Shown: one piece after another, positions 1 through 11,857 of the stretch | Position numbering within the stretch: position 1 is the first letter of the stretch | Layout of the letters: each line of letters begins with the position of its first letter | NCBI GenBank assembly: GCA_015075585.1 | Contig: JABTUB010000001.1 | Span: forward strand, 1,914,274 to 1,978,273 | DNA: 64,000 nt | Reading direction: 5' to 3' | From: Chloracidobacterium sp. | Lineage (GTDB): Bacteria; Acidobacteriota; Blastocatellia; Pyrinomonadales; Pyrinomonadaceae | Position numbers and translations under genes: made by a program | The notes under the pieces: model-generated | Told to the model about the DNA's origin: nothing | Databases searched by the model: none | The model's input: the letters and a program-made list of their open reading frames with translations, nothing else

Positions 1-145
1 GTGCATTGTTCGGCGACCGGCGATTCGGCAGGGTCTTCACATACCACAACGGCGCAGGTTCTTACTATTCCGCACGCGGCTTCAGGGGGTCGCTGCGGGT
101 ATAGAAAACCTGTGACGAAAGGATGTCGGCTTTGCAAAGCCCCGC

Positions 146-2155
146 TTATTGATACTCAAGCTGTCTTTCGCGCAGGTATTTGAGCTTGTCACGTATCTCG
201 GCCGCCTGCTCGAATTTCATATCCTTTGCCGCTGCACGCATATCGTGTTCGAGCTGTGTAATGGTCTCTTTCAACTGCTTTGGCGAATATTCTTCGAACT
301 GATCGATCTCAAGCGGCACCTTGAAATAATCAGCTTCATACGCCGTCACGAGCGTTGCTTCGACCGGTTTTACGATCGTCTTCGGCGTAATGCCGTGCTC
401 GGCATTGTACTCTTCTTGAATGGATCGGCGGCGCAGCGTCTCGCCGATCGCATACTCCATTGAACCGGTGATCTTGTCCGCATAGAGTATGACCGTGCCG
501 TCAGAGTTACGCGCCGCACGCCCCATCGTCTGTATCAGCGAACTCTGCGAACGCAAGAAACCTTCTTTGTCAGCGTCAAGGATCGCCACCAGCGAGACCT
601 CAGGCAGATCGAGGCCCTCACGGAGCAAATTTATGCCGACGAGCACATCGTGTTCGCCGCGACGCAGATCACGCAGTATCTTTATGCGTTCAAGTGTATG
701 GATGTCGCTGTGAAGGTATGCCACCTTTACGCCGACCTCGGCAAAATATTCACTGAGGTTCTCGGCCATTCGCTTTGTCAGCGTCGTTACAAGAACCCGT
801 TCATTGCGTTCGGCCCGCGTGCGGCATTCTTCGAGAAGGTCATCGATCTGCCCTTTGACCGGCCGCACCTCGACCTTCGGGTCGAGAAGCCCTGTCGGGC
901 GGATTATTTGCTCGACAACCTCGCCGCCCGACCTCCGCAGCTCGTACGGCCCGGGCGTCGCGGAAACATAGATCGTCTGGCCGACGCGCTCCTCGAATTC
1001 CGAGAAACTGAGCGGTCGATTATCCTTTGCACTCGGCAGCCGAAAACCGTATTCGACAAGTGTCCCCTTTCGAGATTGGTCGCCCTTGTACATCGCTCCG
1101 AGCTGCGGAATGGTCTGATGCGATTCGTCGATGACCATCAAAGCATTGGACGGTAAATAATCGAGCAGCGTAGGCGGCGGTTCGCCCGGCTTCTTGCCGG
1201 TAAGATGCCGTGAATAATTCTCGATGCCGCGGCAAAAACCCATTTCCTTGATCATCTCAAGGTCATACATCGTCCGCTGATGCAGCCGCTGCGCTTCGAC
1301 GATCTTTCCTTCTTCAACGAGGAATTTCTCATGGATCTCAAGCTCTGCTTTAATGGTTTGAACGGCAGACTTGATCGTTTTTCGCGACATTACATAGTGG
1401 GTTTTCGGATAGATCGGCACACGGGACTCATGTTTGTAAAGAACCTCGCCCAAGAGCGGATCGATCGTCGAGATCGAATCGATCTCATCACCCCAAAATT
1501 CAATGCGATATGCCTGATCCTGATAGCTCGGGTAAAGTTCGACAACATCGCCGCGTACTCGGAATGTGCCGCGTTCAAAATCTATATTGACCCTTTCGTA
1601 TTGAAGCTCTACGAGCCGTTTGAGCAGGTCCTCACGCTTGATCTGCTGGCCGGGCTCAAGAAAGATGAGCATCCCGTAATACGCATCCGGATCGCCCAAG
1701 CCATAAATGCAGGAGACGGACGCCACGACAATTACGTCGCTGCGCTCGAATAAAGCACGCGTCGCGCTTAGGCGAAGCCGGTCTATCTCCTCGTTGACCG
1801 TCGCTTCTTTTTCGATATAAAGGTCGGCTGCGGGAACATACGCCTCGGGCTGGTAATAATCGTAATACGAGACGAAATATTCAACCGAATTTTCCGGAAA
1901 GAATGTTTTGAACTCTTGATATAGCTGTGCCGCGAGCGTTTTGTTGTGGGCCAACACAAGCGTCGGACGCTGAACCTGTTCGATCACATTCGCGATCGTG
2001 AACGTCTTGCCGCTGCCGGTTATGCCAAGCAGCACTTGATCCTTCTCACCTGAATTCAGGCCATTGACCAAATTGCGGATCGCCTCAGGCTGGTCTCCTT
2101 TCGGCTTGTTTTCAGAAATGAGACGAAATTGCACACTTCGATCATATCGTATCAA
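146..2155 (-). CDS. uvrB: Excinuclease ABC subunit B (UvrB)
   Basis: 669-aa ORF with Walker A GITGSGKT, helicase motifs and a C-terminal UVR domain ([11 protein letters not shown]). Full-length resemblance to UvrB. Confidence 0.95.
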   Translation of the reverse strand: MIRYDRSVQFRLISENKPKGDQPEAIRNLVNGLNSGEKDQVLLGITGSGKTFTIANVIEQVQRPTLVLAHNKTLAAQLYQEFKTFFPENSVEYFVSYYDYYQPEAYVPAADLYIEKEATVNEEIDRLRLSATRALFERSDVIVVASVSCIYGLGDPDAYYGMLIFLEPGQQIKREDLLKRLVELQYERVNIDFERGTFRVRGDVVELYPSYQDQAYRIEFWGDEIDSISTIDPLLGEVLYKHESRVPIYPKTHYVMSRKTIKSAVQTIKAELEIHEKFLVEEGKIVEAQRLHQRTMYDLEMIKEMGFCRGIENYSRHLTGKKPGEPPPTLLDYLPSNALMVIDESHQTIPQLGAMYKGDQSRKGTLVEYGFRLPSAKDNRPLSFSEFEERVGQTIYVSATPGPYELRRSGGEVVEQIIRPTGLLDPKVEVRPVKGQIDDLLEECRTRAERNERVLVTTLTKRMAENLSEYFAEVGVKVAYLHSDIHTLERIKILRDLRRGEHDVLVGINLLREGLDLPEVSLVAILDADKEGFLRSQSSLIQTMGRAARNSDGTVILYADKITGSMEYAIGETLRRRSIQEEYNAEHGITPKTIVKPVEATLVTAYEADYFKVPLEIDQFEEYSPKQLKETITQLEHDMRAAAKDMKFEQAAEIRDKLKYLRERQLEYQ

Positions 2156-2197
2156 GGCAGTGGGAGCAAAAAGGCCGCAGAGACGATCGAATGTCCG

Positions 2198-2536
2198 TTA
2201 ATTGATGGAAACCGTCAGTGTAAAACGGTCGCGCGTCCGGCAATTATTTGTGACCCATATATCGTTGTCACCGCGGTCGGTCGTGTAACTCAGCGACGTC
2301 GAACCGTCATTGAATTTAATGCATCCGCTTCGCGAACTGATGTTGGCGGTCAAATACTGCCCTCGAGCGGCTGAAAGCAGATATTGGCGCTGTATCCTTC
2401 CGTTCAGGACGCCCGAGACGGTCGCCGAAGTACGCCCGCGAGCAAAGCGGATCCTTGTTTGAGCCGTGACCTCAGTTACCGCAGAGACCCCTAAAAGAGC
2501 AATGGTCAGTGCTATCACCGTTTTCCTTAAGAACAT
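2198..2536 (-). CDS. Small secreted beta-rich protein, PliG-like pattern (hypothetical)
   Basis: 112-aa ORF with an N-terminal signal peptide (ALTIALLGVSAVTEVTAQ). The pattern RFARGRTSATVSGVL...YLLSAARGQYLTANIS recalls the g-type lysozyme inhibitor (PliG) family pattern F-x-K-G-x-SSA-x-x-SG...Y-x-F-x-A-K-K-GQ. Confidence 0.5.
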   Translation of the reverse strand: MFLRKTVIALTIALLGVSAVTEVTAQTRIRFARGRTSATVSGVLNGRIQRQYLLSAARGQYLTANISSRSGCIKFNDGSTSLSYTTDRGDNDIWVTNNCRTRDRFTLTVSIN

Positions 2537-2571
2537 ATGAACACCTCCGTAAATTTACTGCACCGGCGTGC

Positions 2572-2618
2572 AAAAAAAATGGAACCTGAGAAGTGTACGT
2601 TAGAACACGTCTCAGGTT
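2572..2618 (-). terminator. Rho-independent terminator downstream of the HEAT-repeat gene
   Basis: On the minus strand, AACCTGAGA...TCTCAGGTT forms a 9-bp outer stem plus an inner stem. It is followed by a run of 8 T (A-run 2572-2579 on the plus strand). Confidence 0.5.
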
Positions 2619-2646
2619 CAAATCCGATGCAATGGATGTCCGACCT

Positions 2647-3840
2647 TTAGGCGACCACTGCTCTCCGGTCATCGAGCATCTCTTTTATTTGTTCTCTTAT
2701 CTCATCCGAGATGTTGGGATCGCCGCACAATTCATCGAGTTTCTCGTAAACCTTATCGTCCGGAACACTCTTAAGCGTGTGGATCAGTGCAAATTTGATG
2801 CGTTGATCGGAAACATTGCGTAAAGCATCAAAGATCTCTTCGACCTCACCTGACCGTATCAATAATCCGACTAGCGCGAACGCCTCATAGGCGATCTTCA
2901 TATCCTGATGTATCAGCCTCTCGAACGATCGCTTCACAATATCGGCTTCGGCGGCCGCGCGTGCGGCCTGCCGCATTCTGTATTCATCGTGGCTTGCGAT
3001 AATACGTTTCCACGAATCAGCCCGATCGAATTTCAGCCTGAATAGGCCTCGGGCCGCCGCCGCCCGCACCTCACGGGAAGGATCGGCACAAGCAAGCAGG
3101 ATAACCTCGAATACGGATTCGTGATCCATCTCAGCCAGCGTGGTAACGGCCCGCGATCGGAGATTTGACGAGATATCGTACAGAGCGATCTCCGAGAGTG
3201 CCTCAACCGAATTACGGGTCTTGAACTGAGAAAGTATCTTCAACGCCAGTTCGCGGATCATCTCATCATCCTCGTCCTCTTCGCTGACCTGTTCGATCGC
3301 ACTCAGCAGTGCCGGATCGCTCGATATCGGAAGCTGGGTGAATGGCCTCGGCTCATTTAGCTGTAAGAACGAATTGATCGGAAGCTGGTTATATTGATGC
3401 TTTCTGAGCCGGGCCTGAAATGCTTTTGTATCAAGATGCTCATCTTTCCCCGCCGAATCATCCTTTTCGGCACTTTTCATTCGGATCCCGATCTTTTGCC
3501 GATCAGGGCGTTTCGCATTGGGATCCTTCCTGACCTTGCGGAACATCTTGAGTTCTTGTTCGATATCTACCACCTGATTATCGAGTCCGGCAGCACCGGA
3601 ACCCACAAGGCGATCCTCGTAATTGTACCTTATGGAACTGCTCTTACCCGGATCGGCCTGCTTGCCGCGTCTATAGAAAACGAATGCGACGCCGGCCAAC
3701 ACGACCGTCGCCCCTATGAGTACAGAGATCGTCTCGCCGCCGTCCATACCGCTGCCGTCCTGTCCGAAGACCGAGGCAGAGAGAGCTGTTAATGACAATG
3801 CGGAAATAAAACCAAGTTTGGTAAGTCTATGAGTGAACAT
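2647..3840 (-). CDS. Membrane-anchored HEAT/armadillo-like repeat protein (hypothetical)
   Basis: The ORF runs to 3969, but the ATG at 3840 begins a signal/TM segment (MFTHRLTKLGFISALSLTALSASVFG). A second TM follows, and the C-terminal half has HEAT-like repeats (NLRSRAVTTLAEM, DPSREVRAAAARGL). Confidence 0.6.
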   Translation of the reverse strand: MFTHRLTKLGFISALSLTALSASVFGQDGSGMDGGETISVLIGATVVLAGVAFVFYRRGKQADPGKSSSIRYNYEDRLVGSGAAGLDNQVVDIEQELKMFRKVRKDPNAKRPDRQKIGIRMKSAEKDDSAGKDEHLDTKAFQARLRKHQYNQLPINSFLQLNEPRPFTQLPISSDPALLSAIEQVSEEDEDDEMIRELALKILSQFKTRNSVEALSEIALYDISSNLRSRAVTTLAEMDHESVFEVILLACADPSREVRAAAARGLFRLKFDRADSWKRIIASHDEYRMRQAARAAAEADIVKRSFERLIHQDMKIAYEAFALVGLLIRSGEVEEIFDALRNVSDQRIKFALIHTLKSVPDDKVYEKLDELCGDPNISDEIREQIKEMLDDRRAVVA

Positions 3841-4080
3841 ATTGATGTCGGAGTGGAACGCGGGTTTCGCAGGGGTTCCGGAGGTGATTTGCCGGCTCGC
3901 AGCATCTTGCCGTCCAACCGAACATTTTCTATTATGCATCTTTTTCATGCGGTTGTCACTATCTTTCAACCGTGTTAGTAATAGTTGTAACTCAACGCGG
4001 GTTCCTGAAAATTTTACAAATTCTAATTTTTTTGGCCCATTGCTTTGATATTACAATCGCTATTTGGAGTTGCAGTAATT

Positions 4081-4977
4081 ATGTTCTCGCAAGCCGGATC
4101 AGAAAAAATAGATATCCCGGGGCTAAAACTTCTTCATCAAGGCAAGGTTCGCGACGTCTTTGAGGTGGACTCAGATCGGCTTCTGCTCGTCGCAACCGAT
4201 AGGATATCGGCTTTTGACGTCATTTTTCCGACGCCTATACCGAATAAAGGCATTATCCTGACGCAAATGTCGGCATTCTGGTTCCGAAAATTGCGCGGCA
4301 TAAGCGACGACCACTTTATTTCGGCAGATATTCGTGAAATGGGCATCGAACTGCCGAAAGAAATGTCGGGCCGCTCGATGCTCTGTAAGCGCACAAAGGT
4401 CTTCCCTGTCGAATGTGTCGTTCGTGCTTACCTCGAAGGCTCCGGTTGGAAGGAGTATCGCGAGAGCGGTTCTGTCTGCGGCAACCGACTTCCGACGGGA
4501 ATGAGACAATGCGAGAAGCTGCCGGAACCGATCTTTACTCCGGCAACAAAGGCATCACACGGCCACGACGAGAATATCGGCCTCGACACATTCTTCTCGA
4601 TCGTCGGAAATGAGATCGGCGAGGAATTACGGCAACGATCGCTCGATCTCTTTAGCACGGCGAGCGAATACGCCCTCGGCCGCGGGATCATTATCGCCGA
4701 CACAAAGTTCGAATTTGGTGTGGATCCGGACGGGAATATCCTTCTGATAGATGAGGTTCTGACGCCTGATTCATCGCGTTTCTGGTCGGCCTCAGCGTAC
4801 GAACCGGGCCATTCTCAGCCGTCGTTCGATAAGCAGTTCTTACGCGAATATCTCGAAACGCTTGAGTGGGATAAAACGCCGCCTGCGCCCGAACTGCCGC
4901 CCAATATTGTTGACGCAACCGCCGAGCGATACCGCGACGCATACCGTATCCTGACAGGACAGCCGTTCGAACCGTAA
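4081..4977 (+). CDS. purC: Phosphoribosylaminoimidazole-succinocarboxamide (SAICAR) synthase
   Basis: Long-type PurC motifs are present (LLHQGKVRDVFEV, ATDRISAFD, IIIADTKFEFG, DEVLTPDSSRFW). The ATG at 4081 follows GGAG; the ORF track starts earlier, at 4045. Confidence 0.9.
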   Translation: MFSQAGSEKIDIPGLKLLHQGKVRDVFEVDSDRLLLVATDRISAFDVIFPTPIPNKGIILTQMSAFWFRKLRGISDDHFISADIREMGIELPKEMSGRSMLCKRTKVFPVECVVRAYLEGSGWKEYRESGSVCGNRLPTGMRQCEKLPEPIFTPATKASHGHDENIGLDTFFSIVGNEIGEELRQRSLDLFSTASEYALGRGIIIADTKFEFGVDPDGNILLIDEVLTPDSSRFWSASAYEPGHSQPSFDKQFLREYLETLEWDKTPPAPELPPNIVDATAERYRDAYRILTGQPFEP

Positions 4978-5033
4978 GCAACGCCGGTCGCTGTACGCGG
5001 CGCACGGAGCATCCTGACGAAGAGCCCGACGGA

Positions 5034-5897
5034 TCAAACGTGTTCGAGGATCTCGACCTCGTCGCCGATCCGGATCGCCGCGCCGTATGCCTCCGGTATA
5101 AGATTAAGTCCGAAGACGACGCTCTCCGGCCTTAGGCCAAGCGACTCAAAGCGCGCGGGCATGATGTTTTTTGCAAGACGATATGAAGCGAGCGTCTTGA
5201 GAGGCTCTTTTCCCGTCGAAATGCCGCTCTGCTGGTCGATCGTCGTTACAACGCAGCGGCCGGCAGGTTTACCCGCACGAAAGACAGTGTTGCCGACGCG
5301 AAGCCGCAGCCACCTATCTTCGCCGAACGCCTCAGCCCCGGCAACGACTATGCTTGGCCTGAAACGGTTCATCGGAATGGCCGCCGTTGAGTTGCCGGCC
5401 TTTTCTACAAGTTTCTTATTTACGTCTGCCAACGAGGCTTCACCGGTCAACAGCAGCGGGTATCCGTCTGCAAAGCTCACAAGGTCACCACCCTTGTTGA
5501 ATCGCTCATTGACCGGCCTTCCCGCATCGTCGGGCATATAGAATAGCCTTGCTTCGAAGCCCAGCAGGCCGCTGAACCAGTTATTGATATCGTTTCCATA
5601 AGCCAACGCCTCAGATTCACTTGCCCAGACGGTAACTCTGCAACGCTCGCCGGAAGTGAGCGGTTCAATGGAAAGCGGCGCGGCCCCTTCTGCCGAGACA
5701 GTTATGCCGCTGCCATTGAGTGCAACCGAGATCGCTGCAAGCTGCGGATACTTCCGCTGTGTAAGGAAGTTGCCTTCGCTGTCGGTCAGCACCATTCGAC
5801 GATCGCCGCGGAGTCCGCGAGCCTCGACGACAGCACTTTCAACAGGTATCGCCTTAAGAGCCTTTATCGGATAAACGTTGATCTCTGAAATGTGCAT
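5034..5897 (-). CDS. MOSC domain-containing protein (YcbX-like, MOSC_N beta-barrel + MOSC)
   Basis: The N-terminus (INVYPIKALKAIPVE...GLRGDRRMVL) and the C-terminal Cys motif (GKPAGRCVVTTIDQ) are typical of the MOSC family. Confidence 0.85.
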   Translation of the reverse strand: MHISEINVYPIKALKAIPVESAVVEARGLRGDRRMVLTDSEGNFLTQRKYPQLAAISVALNGSGITVSAEGAAPLSIEPLTSGERCRVTVWASESEALAYGNDINNWFSGLLGFEARLFYMPDDAGRPVNERFNKGGDLVSFADGYPLLLTGEASLADVNKKLVEKAGNSTAAIPMNRFRPSIVVAGAEAFGEDRWLRLRVGNTVFRAGKPAGRCVVTTIDQQSGISTGKEPLKTLASYRLAKNIMPARFESLGLRPESVVFGLNLIPEAYGAAIRIGDEVEILEHV

Positions 5898-5960
5898 AAC
5901 AAAGCGAAGCTGAAACTTGATAATGGTATTATCAAGTTTTCTATAGCCGCAACATCATAC

Positions 5961-5990
5961 TTGACGGACGCTCAGAACTTCGAATATACT
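5961..5990 (+). promoter_or_regulatory. Sigma70-type promoter of groES-groEL
   Basis: TTGACG (5961-5966), an 18-nt spacer, then TATACT (5985-5990), about 90 nt upstream of groES. Sequence match only. Confidence 0.45.
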
Positions 5991-6015
5991 AGCAGTCATA
6001 GGCCGAGAGTGCTAA
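5989..6015 (+). promoter_or_regulatory. CIRCE-like inverted repeat (HrcA operator)
   Basis: CTAGCAGTC-N9-GAGTGCTAA against the consensus TTAGCACTC-N9-GAGTGCTAA. The right arm is perfect and the left arm is 7/9. It sits between the -10 box and the groES RBS. Confidence 0.6.
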
Positions 6016-6076
6016 GAACTGTTTTCATTAGCCATTCTGCCTGTTATTTTACATTACTTTTGAAGGAGTAAACACT

Positions 6077-8106
<2,030 letters not shown>

Positions 8107-8201
8107 TTCCATTACCGGCGGGGCAGGCATTCGTGCCCGCCTCGCCGTCAAAGCTGTCTGTCAGAACCGTGAGCGATAGCGAACGGGTTTAAAAACCAAG
8201 C

Positions 8202-8229
8202 GGCCCCGTCAGATGACGGGGCCTTATTT
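8202..8229 (+). terminator. Rho-independent terminator after groEL
   Basis: GGCCCCGTC-agat-GACGGGGCC forms a perfect 9-bp stem followed by TTATTT. Confidence 0.7.
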
Positions 8230-8361
8230 GCGCTCAACCCACCGGCGTCGATCGTTCCCTCAACGCCTCACCAAAAAACGTCCTGTTTCCTGCTTTTCTT
8301 TAATTGCCACGCCCAAAAGGGTGCGGCTATTCAGGCAAAATCATCGCTTATGGAAGGGTTC

Positions 8362-8396
8362 GGCTATTCAATGGCCTATTCAATGGCCTATTCAAT
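8362..8396. repeat. 12-bp tandem repeat (GGC[C]TATTCAAT x3)
   Basis: Reads ggctattcaat ggcctattcaat ggcctattcaat. A fourth partial copy, ggctattca, lies at 8325-8333. The region is intergenic. Confidence 0.6.
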
Positions 8397-8413
8397 TCGG
8401 TTGAGTTCCCTGT

Positions 8414-8614
8414 TCAGGTGTGTGAGGCGCTCGTGCGGTTTATGTATTCTTCGATATAGAAGCCGACGAGCGAAGCGGCCATTACGATCACGCCGTAGAG
8501 AACAAAGGACTTCGGCAGGAAAAATAGGCCGGAAAAGAAACAGATGACGCCGAGCGTACAAAGCACTGAGCCTATGCGGCCCGCTGTTCGAGACATTCCT
8601 GTTGAATCACTCAT
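8414..8614 (-). CDS. Small two-TM membrane protein (hypothetical)
   Basis: 66-aa ORF with two hydrophobic segments, divergent from the ABC operon. No recognisable family. Confidence 0.3.
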   Translation of the reverse strand: MSDSTGMSRTAGRIGSVLCTLGVICFFSGLFFLPKSFVLYGVIVMAASLVGFYIEEYINRTSASHT

Positions 8615-8724
8615 TCGTAAAAGATAGCAGATGATCGGCTTTGAGAAAAGCGTGAAGTCGGCCCGCTATCGAACTCTGCGAGGCGAACGCCTGTCCCTGT
8701 TGTGTTATCTTTGTTAAAAGTCTT

Positions 8725-9639
8725 ATGGCCGCCAATAATGTGACCCTGCAGGTCAGAAGTGTAACAAAGAGATTCGGCGATTTTGCTGCGGTAGATGATC
8801 TCAGCTTTGAGGTCAGGGCAGGCCGCGTGTTCGGCTTCCTCGGGCCGAACGGCGCCGGCAAGACAACGACTATCCGAATGATCGTCGGCATCACGATACC
8901 GGACGAAGGCGAGATCGCACTGTTCGGCAAGGCGATCTCGCCGCGTGTGCAGGATCGGATTGGCTATCTGCCGGAGGAACGCGGCCTATACAAAAAGATC
9001 AAGGTCGTCGATCAGCTCCGCTACTTCGCCGCATTGAAAGGCATTTCGACGGCTGAAGCCGACAGACGCATCGATAGATGGCTTGATCGGATGCAGCTCT
9101 CCGAGTGGAAGAATAAGAAGACGACAGACCTTTCAAAGGGTATGCAGCAGAAGATCCAATTCATCGGCGCGATCCTGCATGACCCCGACCTTCTTATTCT
9201 TGATGAACCCTTCGCAGGCCTCGATCCGGTGAATGTCGAGTTCATGATCGATGTCCTGTCCGAGTTCAGATCGGAGCAGAAGACCGTTATCTTCTCAACG
9301 CATCTGATGGAAACCGCCGAACGTCTTTGCCACGACATTATCCTCATCAACAAGTCGAAAAAGGTGATCGGCGGCAGTCTCCGCGAGGTGAAGGAAAGCT
9401 ACGGCCGCGACCGCATCGCTCTTCGGGGCAGCAATTTCGGTGCCGTCCTCAGCGACGCTTCTTTGATCGCATCAAAGGTCGAGCATGCGGATGAATTCGA
9501 GATCATACTTCAGAAAAATGCGACCGGCCGAGAGCTGCTCCGGCGGCTGCTTGACGGCGGTGCGGAAATCACGAAATTTGAACAGGTCGAGCCGACGCTG
9601 AATGATATTTTCATCGAAAAGGTCGGAGGTGCAGAATGA
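8725..9639 (+). CDS. ABC transporter ATP-binding protein (NatA/ABC-2 type)
   Basis: Walker A GPNGAGKTT, signature LSKGMQQK and Walker B LLILDEP. Overlaps the downstream permease by 4 nt. Confidence 0.9.
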   Translation: MAANNVTLQVRSVTKRFGDFAAVDDLSFEVRAGRVFGFLGPNGAGKTTTIRMIVGITIPDEGEIALFGKAISPRVQDRIGYLPEERGLYKKIKVVDQLRYFAALKGISTAEADRRIDRWLDRMQLSEWKNKKTTDLSKGMQQKIQFIGAILHDPDLLILDEPFAGLDPVNVEFMIDVLSEFRSEQKTVIFSTHLMETAERLCHDIILINKSKKVIGGSLREVKESYGRDRIALRGSNFGAVLSDASLIASKVEHADEFEIILQKNATGRELLRRLLDGGAEITKFEQVEPTLNDIFIEKVGGAE

Positions 9640-10979
9640 GCAAGTTCATCGCCGTCGTCAAACATGAATACAGAAAGATCGTGATGAAGTGGACGTTCCT
9701 CATCGGCACGTTCCTCCTGCCGCTGATAATGGCGGCCTTTGCGCTTGTACCCGCGATCATCTTTTCGCTGCCGAGCGAGCCGACGAGGCTGGCGATAGTC
9801 GATCCGAGCGGAAAGATCGCACCGCGCCTCCGTAGCGCTCTTTCACCCGAGGCGATCGCCGAACGCTCGAAAAAGGCAGCGAAGGACGCCGGCTTTGACA
9901 TCAATACTTCGCCATCGAAAGGCTTGAATGACAGCTCGATAGCGGCGCCACAAACGTTCGTTTTTGTTGACTACGACGCTCAGGGAAAAACGGACGACGC
10001 TGTGCGCAGCGACCTTATGCAGCAGGTCGCATCAAAGCAGCTCGATGCATTTTTGATCGTGCCGAACGACCTGAAAGGTACTTTTTATTTTCGTTCGCGA
10101 AAAGGCGGCGACTTCATTGCGGGCGATCTGCTTGCCGACGCATTAAATTCAGCGGTCCGCTCCGAGCGGCTTGCTGAGGCGAATATCAGCGAGGCCAAGC
10201 TGGCCGAGATCAACCGCGCCGTCACACTTGACGAGCGTTCGGTTGACGAACACGGCGGCGAGAAGGATTCTGACATTCTGCTTGCCGCATCATTCGTCAT
10301 CGGCATTATGATCTACCTGACCCTCGCCATCTACGGTCAGGTCATTATGGGAGCCGTCGTCGAAGAGAAGGAGACACGCATTGCCGAGATCTTATTCTCA
10401 TCCGCGAGGCCTTTTGAGTTGATGATGGGCAAGATAGTCGGCGTCGGGCTGGCGGGCCTGACACAGCTTGCGATTTGGCTGATCTCGCTTGCTGCTCTTA
10501 TCGCGTTCGCGGCGATCCAAGCTGACCTTGCTCCGCTGCTGCAAGGTCTGCCGCACATTACCGCGCCGATGGTGCTGCTCTTCCTCGCGTATTTTTTGGC
10601 GGGATATTTTGCCTATGCGGCGATATTTGCCTTCATCGGCTCGATCGTAACGACCGTGCAGGAAGGGGGCCAATTCGCTTTTCCTGCAATGATGCTTATG
10701 CTTGCGGGTTTTTATTTCAGTTTTGCGGTCATACGCGACCCGAATTCCCCGCTTTCTGTCGTTACTTCGATACTGCCGTTCTTTGCACCGATGACAATGC
10801 CGGTTCGCATAATGGCCGAGATGCCTCCCGCATGGCAGATCGTTCTGTCGCTTATCGTGAATATTTTTGGCATCATCATACTGGTATGGCTCGCGTCCAG
10901 GGTCTATCGCATCGGTATGCTTATGTACGGAAAGCGGGCGACGATCCCTGAAATTTGGAAGTGGATGCTTCGAGCATAG
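9636..10979 (+). CDS. ABC-2 type transporter permease (NatB-like)
   Basis: 447 aa with an N-terminal TM, a large extracytoplasmic loop and a C-terminal cluster of about 5 TM helices. Translationally coupled to the ATPase. Confidence 0.85.
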   Translation: MSKFIAVVKHEYRKIVMKWTFLIGTFLLPLIMAAFALVPAIIFSLPSEPTRLAIVDPSGKIAPRLRSALSPEAIAERSKKAAKDAGFDINTSPSKGLNDSSIAAPQTFVFVDYDAQGKTDDAVRSDLMQQVASKQLDAFLIVPNDLKGTFYFRSRKGGDFIAGDLLADALNSAVRSERLAEANISEAKLAEINRAVTLDERSVDEHGGEKDSDILLAASFVIGIMIYLTLAIYGQVIMGAVVEEKETRIAEILFSSARPFELMMGKIVGVGLAGLTQLAIWLISLAALIAFAAIQADLAPLLQGLPHITAPMVLLFLAYFLAGYFAYAAIFAFIGSIVTTVQEGGQFAFPAMMLMLAGFYFSFAVIRDPNSPLSVVTSILPFFAPMTMPVRIMAEMPPAWQIVLSLIVNIFGIIILVWLASRVYRIGMLMYGKRATIPEIWKWMLRA

Positions 10980-11075
10980 ATCGAAACAGCCTTTTGACGG
11001 AACATCGGATGTTGCCAATCCGTAGATAGTGTTATACAAGTTAGCTTGGGACTAACATTTGGGAGGATACAAAAA

Positions 11076-11339
11076 ATGATCGGACAATTGATCGGCGGAT
11101 TGATCGTAGGAGTGATCGCAAGGTTTCTGATGCCCGGCAAAGAAGCTCTTCCGAGTGGCGTGTTTGGTATAGTGCTGACCGCGGTATTAGGTATCGCGGG
11201 TGCTTTCTTAGGCGGTATCATTGCCCGCTCGCTTTGGGCAACGGAAAATTATGCTGCCGGCTGGGTGATGTCAATAATCGGCGCGTTGATATTACTTTTC
11301 ATTGTCCGGCTGATATTCGGCGCAAAGGCCGATAAATGA
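11076..11339 (+). CDS. GlsB/YeaQ/YmgE family stress-response membrane protein
   Basis: MIGQLIGGLIVGVIARFLMPGKE... is typical of the transglycosylase-associated family. GGGAGGA lies upstream of the ATG at 11076; the ORF track starts at 11046. Confidence 0.8.
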   Translation: MIGQLIGGLIVGVIARFLMPGKEALPSGVFGIVLTAVLGIAGAFLGGIIARSLWATENYAAGWVMSIIGALILLFIVRLIFGAKADK

Positions 11340-11390
11340 TCAAGCTCACTGCCGCATCGAACATCGTGCAGCATTTGTTCGGTTGCTCTG

Positions 11391-11801
11391 CTAATTAGCG
11401 GGAATGACAGGCGGCAATTCCATTTTCACAAGCCCGTCAAAGGCTACATGATACGCCACGCCTTTGACGGGTATTGCCATTTCTTCCTCGGTCTTCCCTT
11501 CGGAATTCGCAATACTCACACTCGCAAAATAGCACGATGCTCCGTGTTCGGCTGCGTGCCGCACCTGATGCTCAAAAACCTCTTGCCCCTCGATGCGGCC
11601 GCGATCGGGATGTATTGCCGTACGAATGACAAAATGGCCGGTTTCACCGTCCTTGCAGGCGACAAGCTGCGGGTGCGTCGTCCGATCTGCGTAGAGGTCG
11701 ATGGACAGGATATCCCAGCCGGCATCGATCAATTGATTGTGAACTATTTCTATACCAAAGACGAAGATATCCTCCTCCGTCATCAATTCCCTTTCCGACA
11801 T
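11391..11801 (-). CDS. Hypothetical protein
   Basis: 136-aa acidic ORF divergent from the dehydratase gene. I recognise no family. Confidence 0.45.
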   Translation of the reverse strand: MSERELMTEEDIFVFGIEIVHNQLIDAGWDILSIDLYADRTTHPQLVACKDGETGHFVIRTAIHPDRGRIEGQEVFEHQVRHAAEHGASCYFASVSIANSEGKTEEEMAIPVKGVAYHVAFDGLVKMELPPVIPAN

Positions 11802-11857
11802 ACACAGACATTTTACTTTGTCTCACATTCGGTTAAAAGCGGCGTGCTATATTAAGC

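Noticed and set aside
1-183. 60-aa plus-strand ORF at the left edge, and the palindrome GGCTTTGCAAAGCC just beyond the uvrB stop
   Set aside because: The ORF overlaps the uvrB 3' end and has no start context. The palindrome is short (5-bp stem) and lacks a T-run, so I did not call a terminator.
10398-11039. 213-aa minus-strand ORF rich in Arg/His/Lys
   Set aside because: It is antisense to the ABC-2 permease, whose hydrophobic TM pattern is clearly the real frame.
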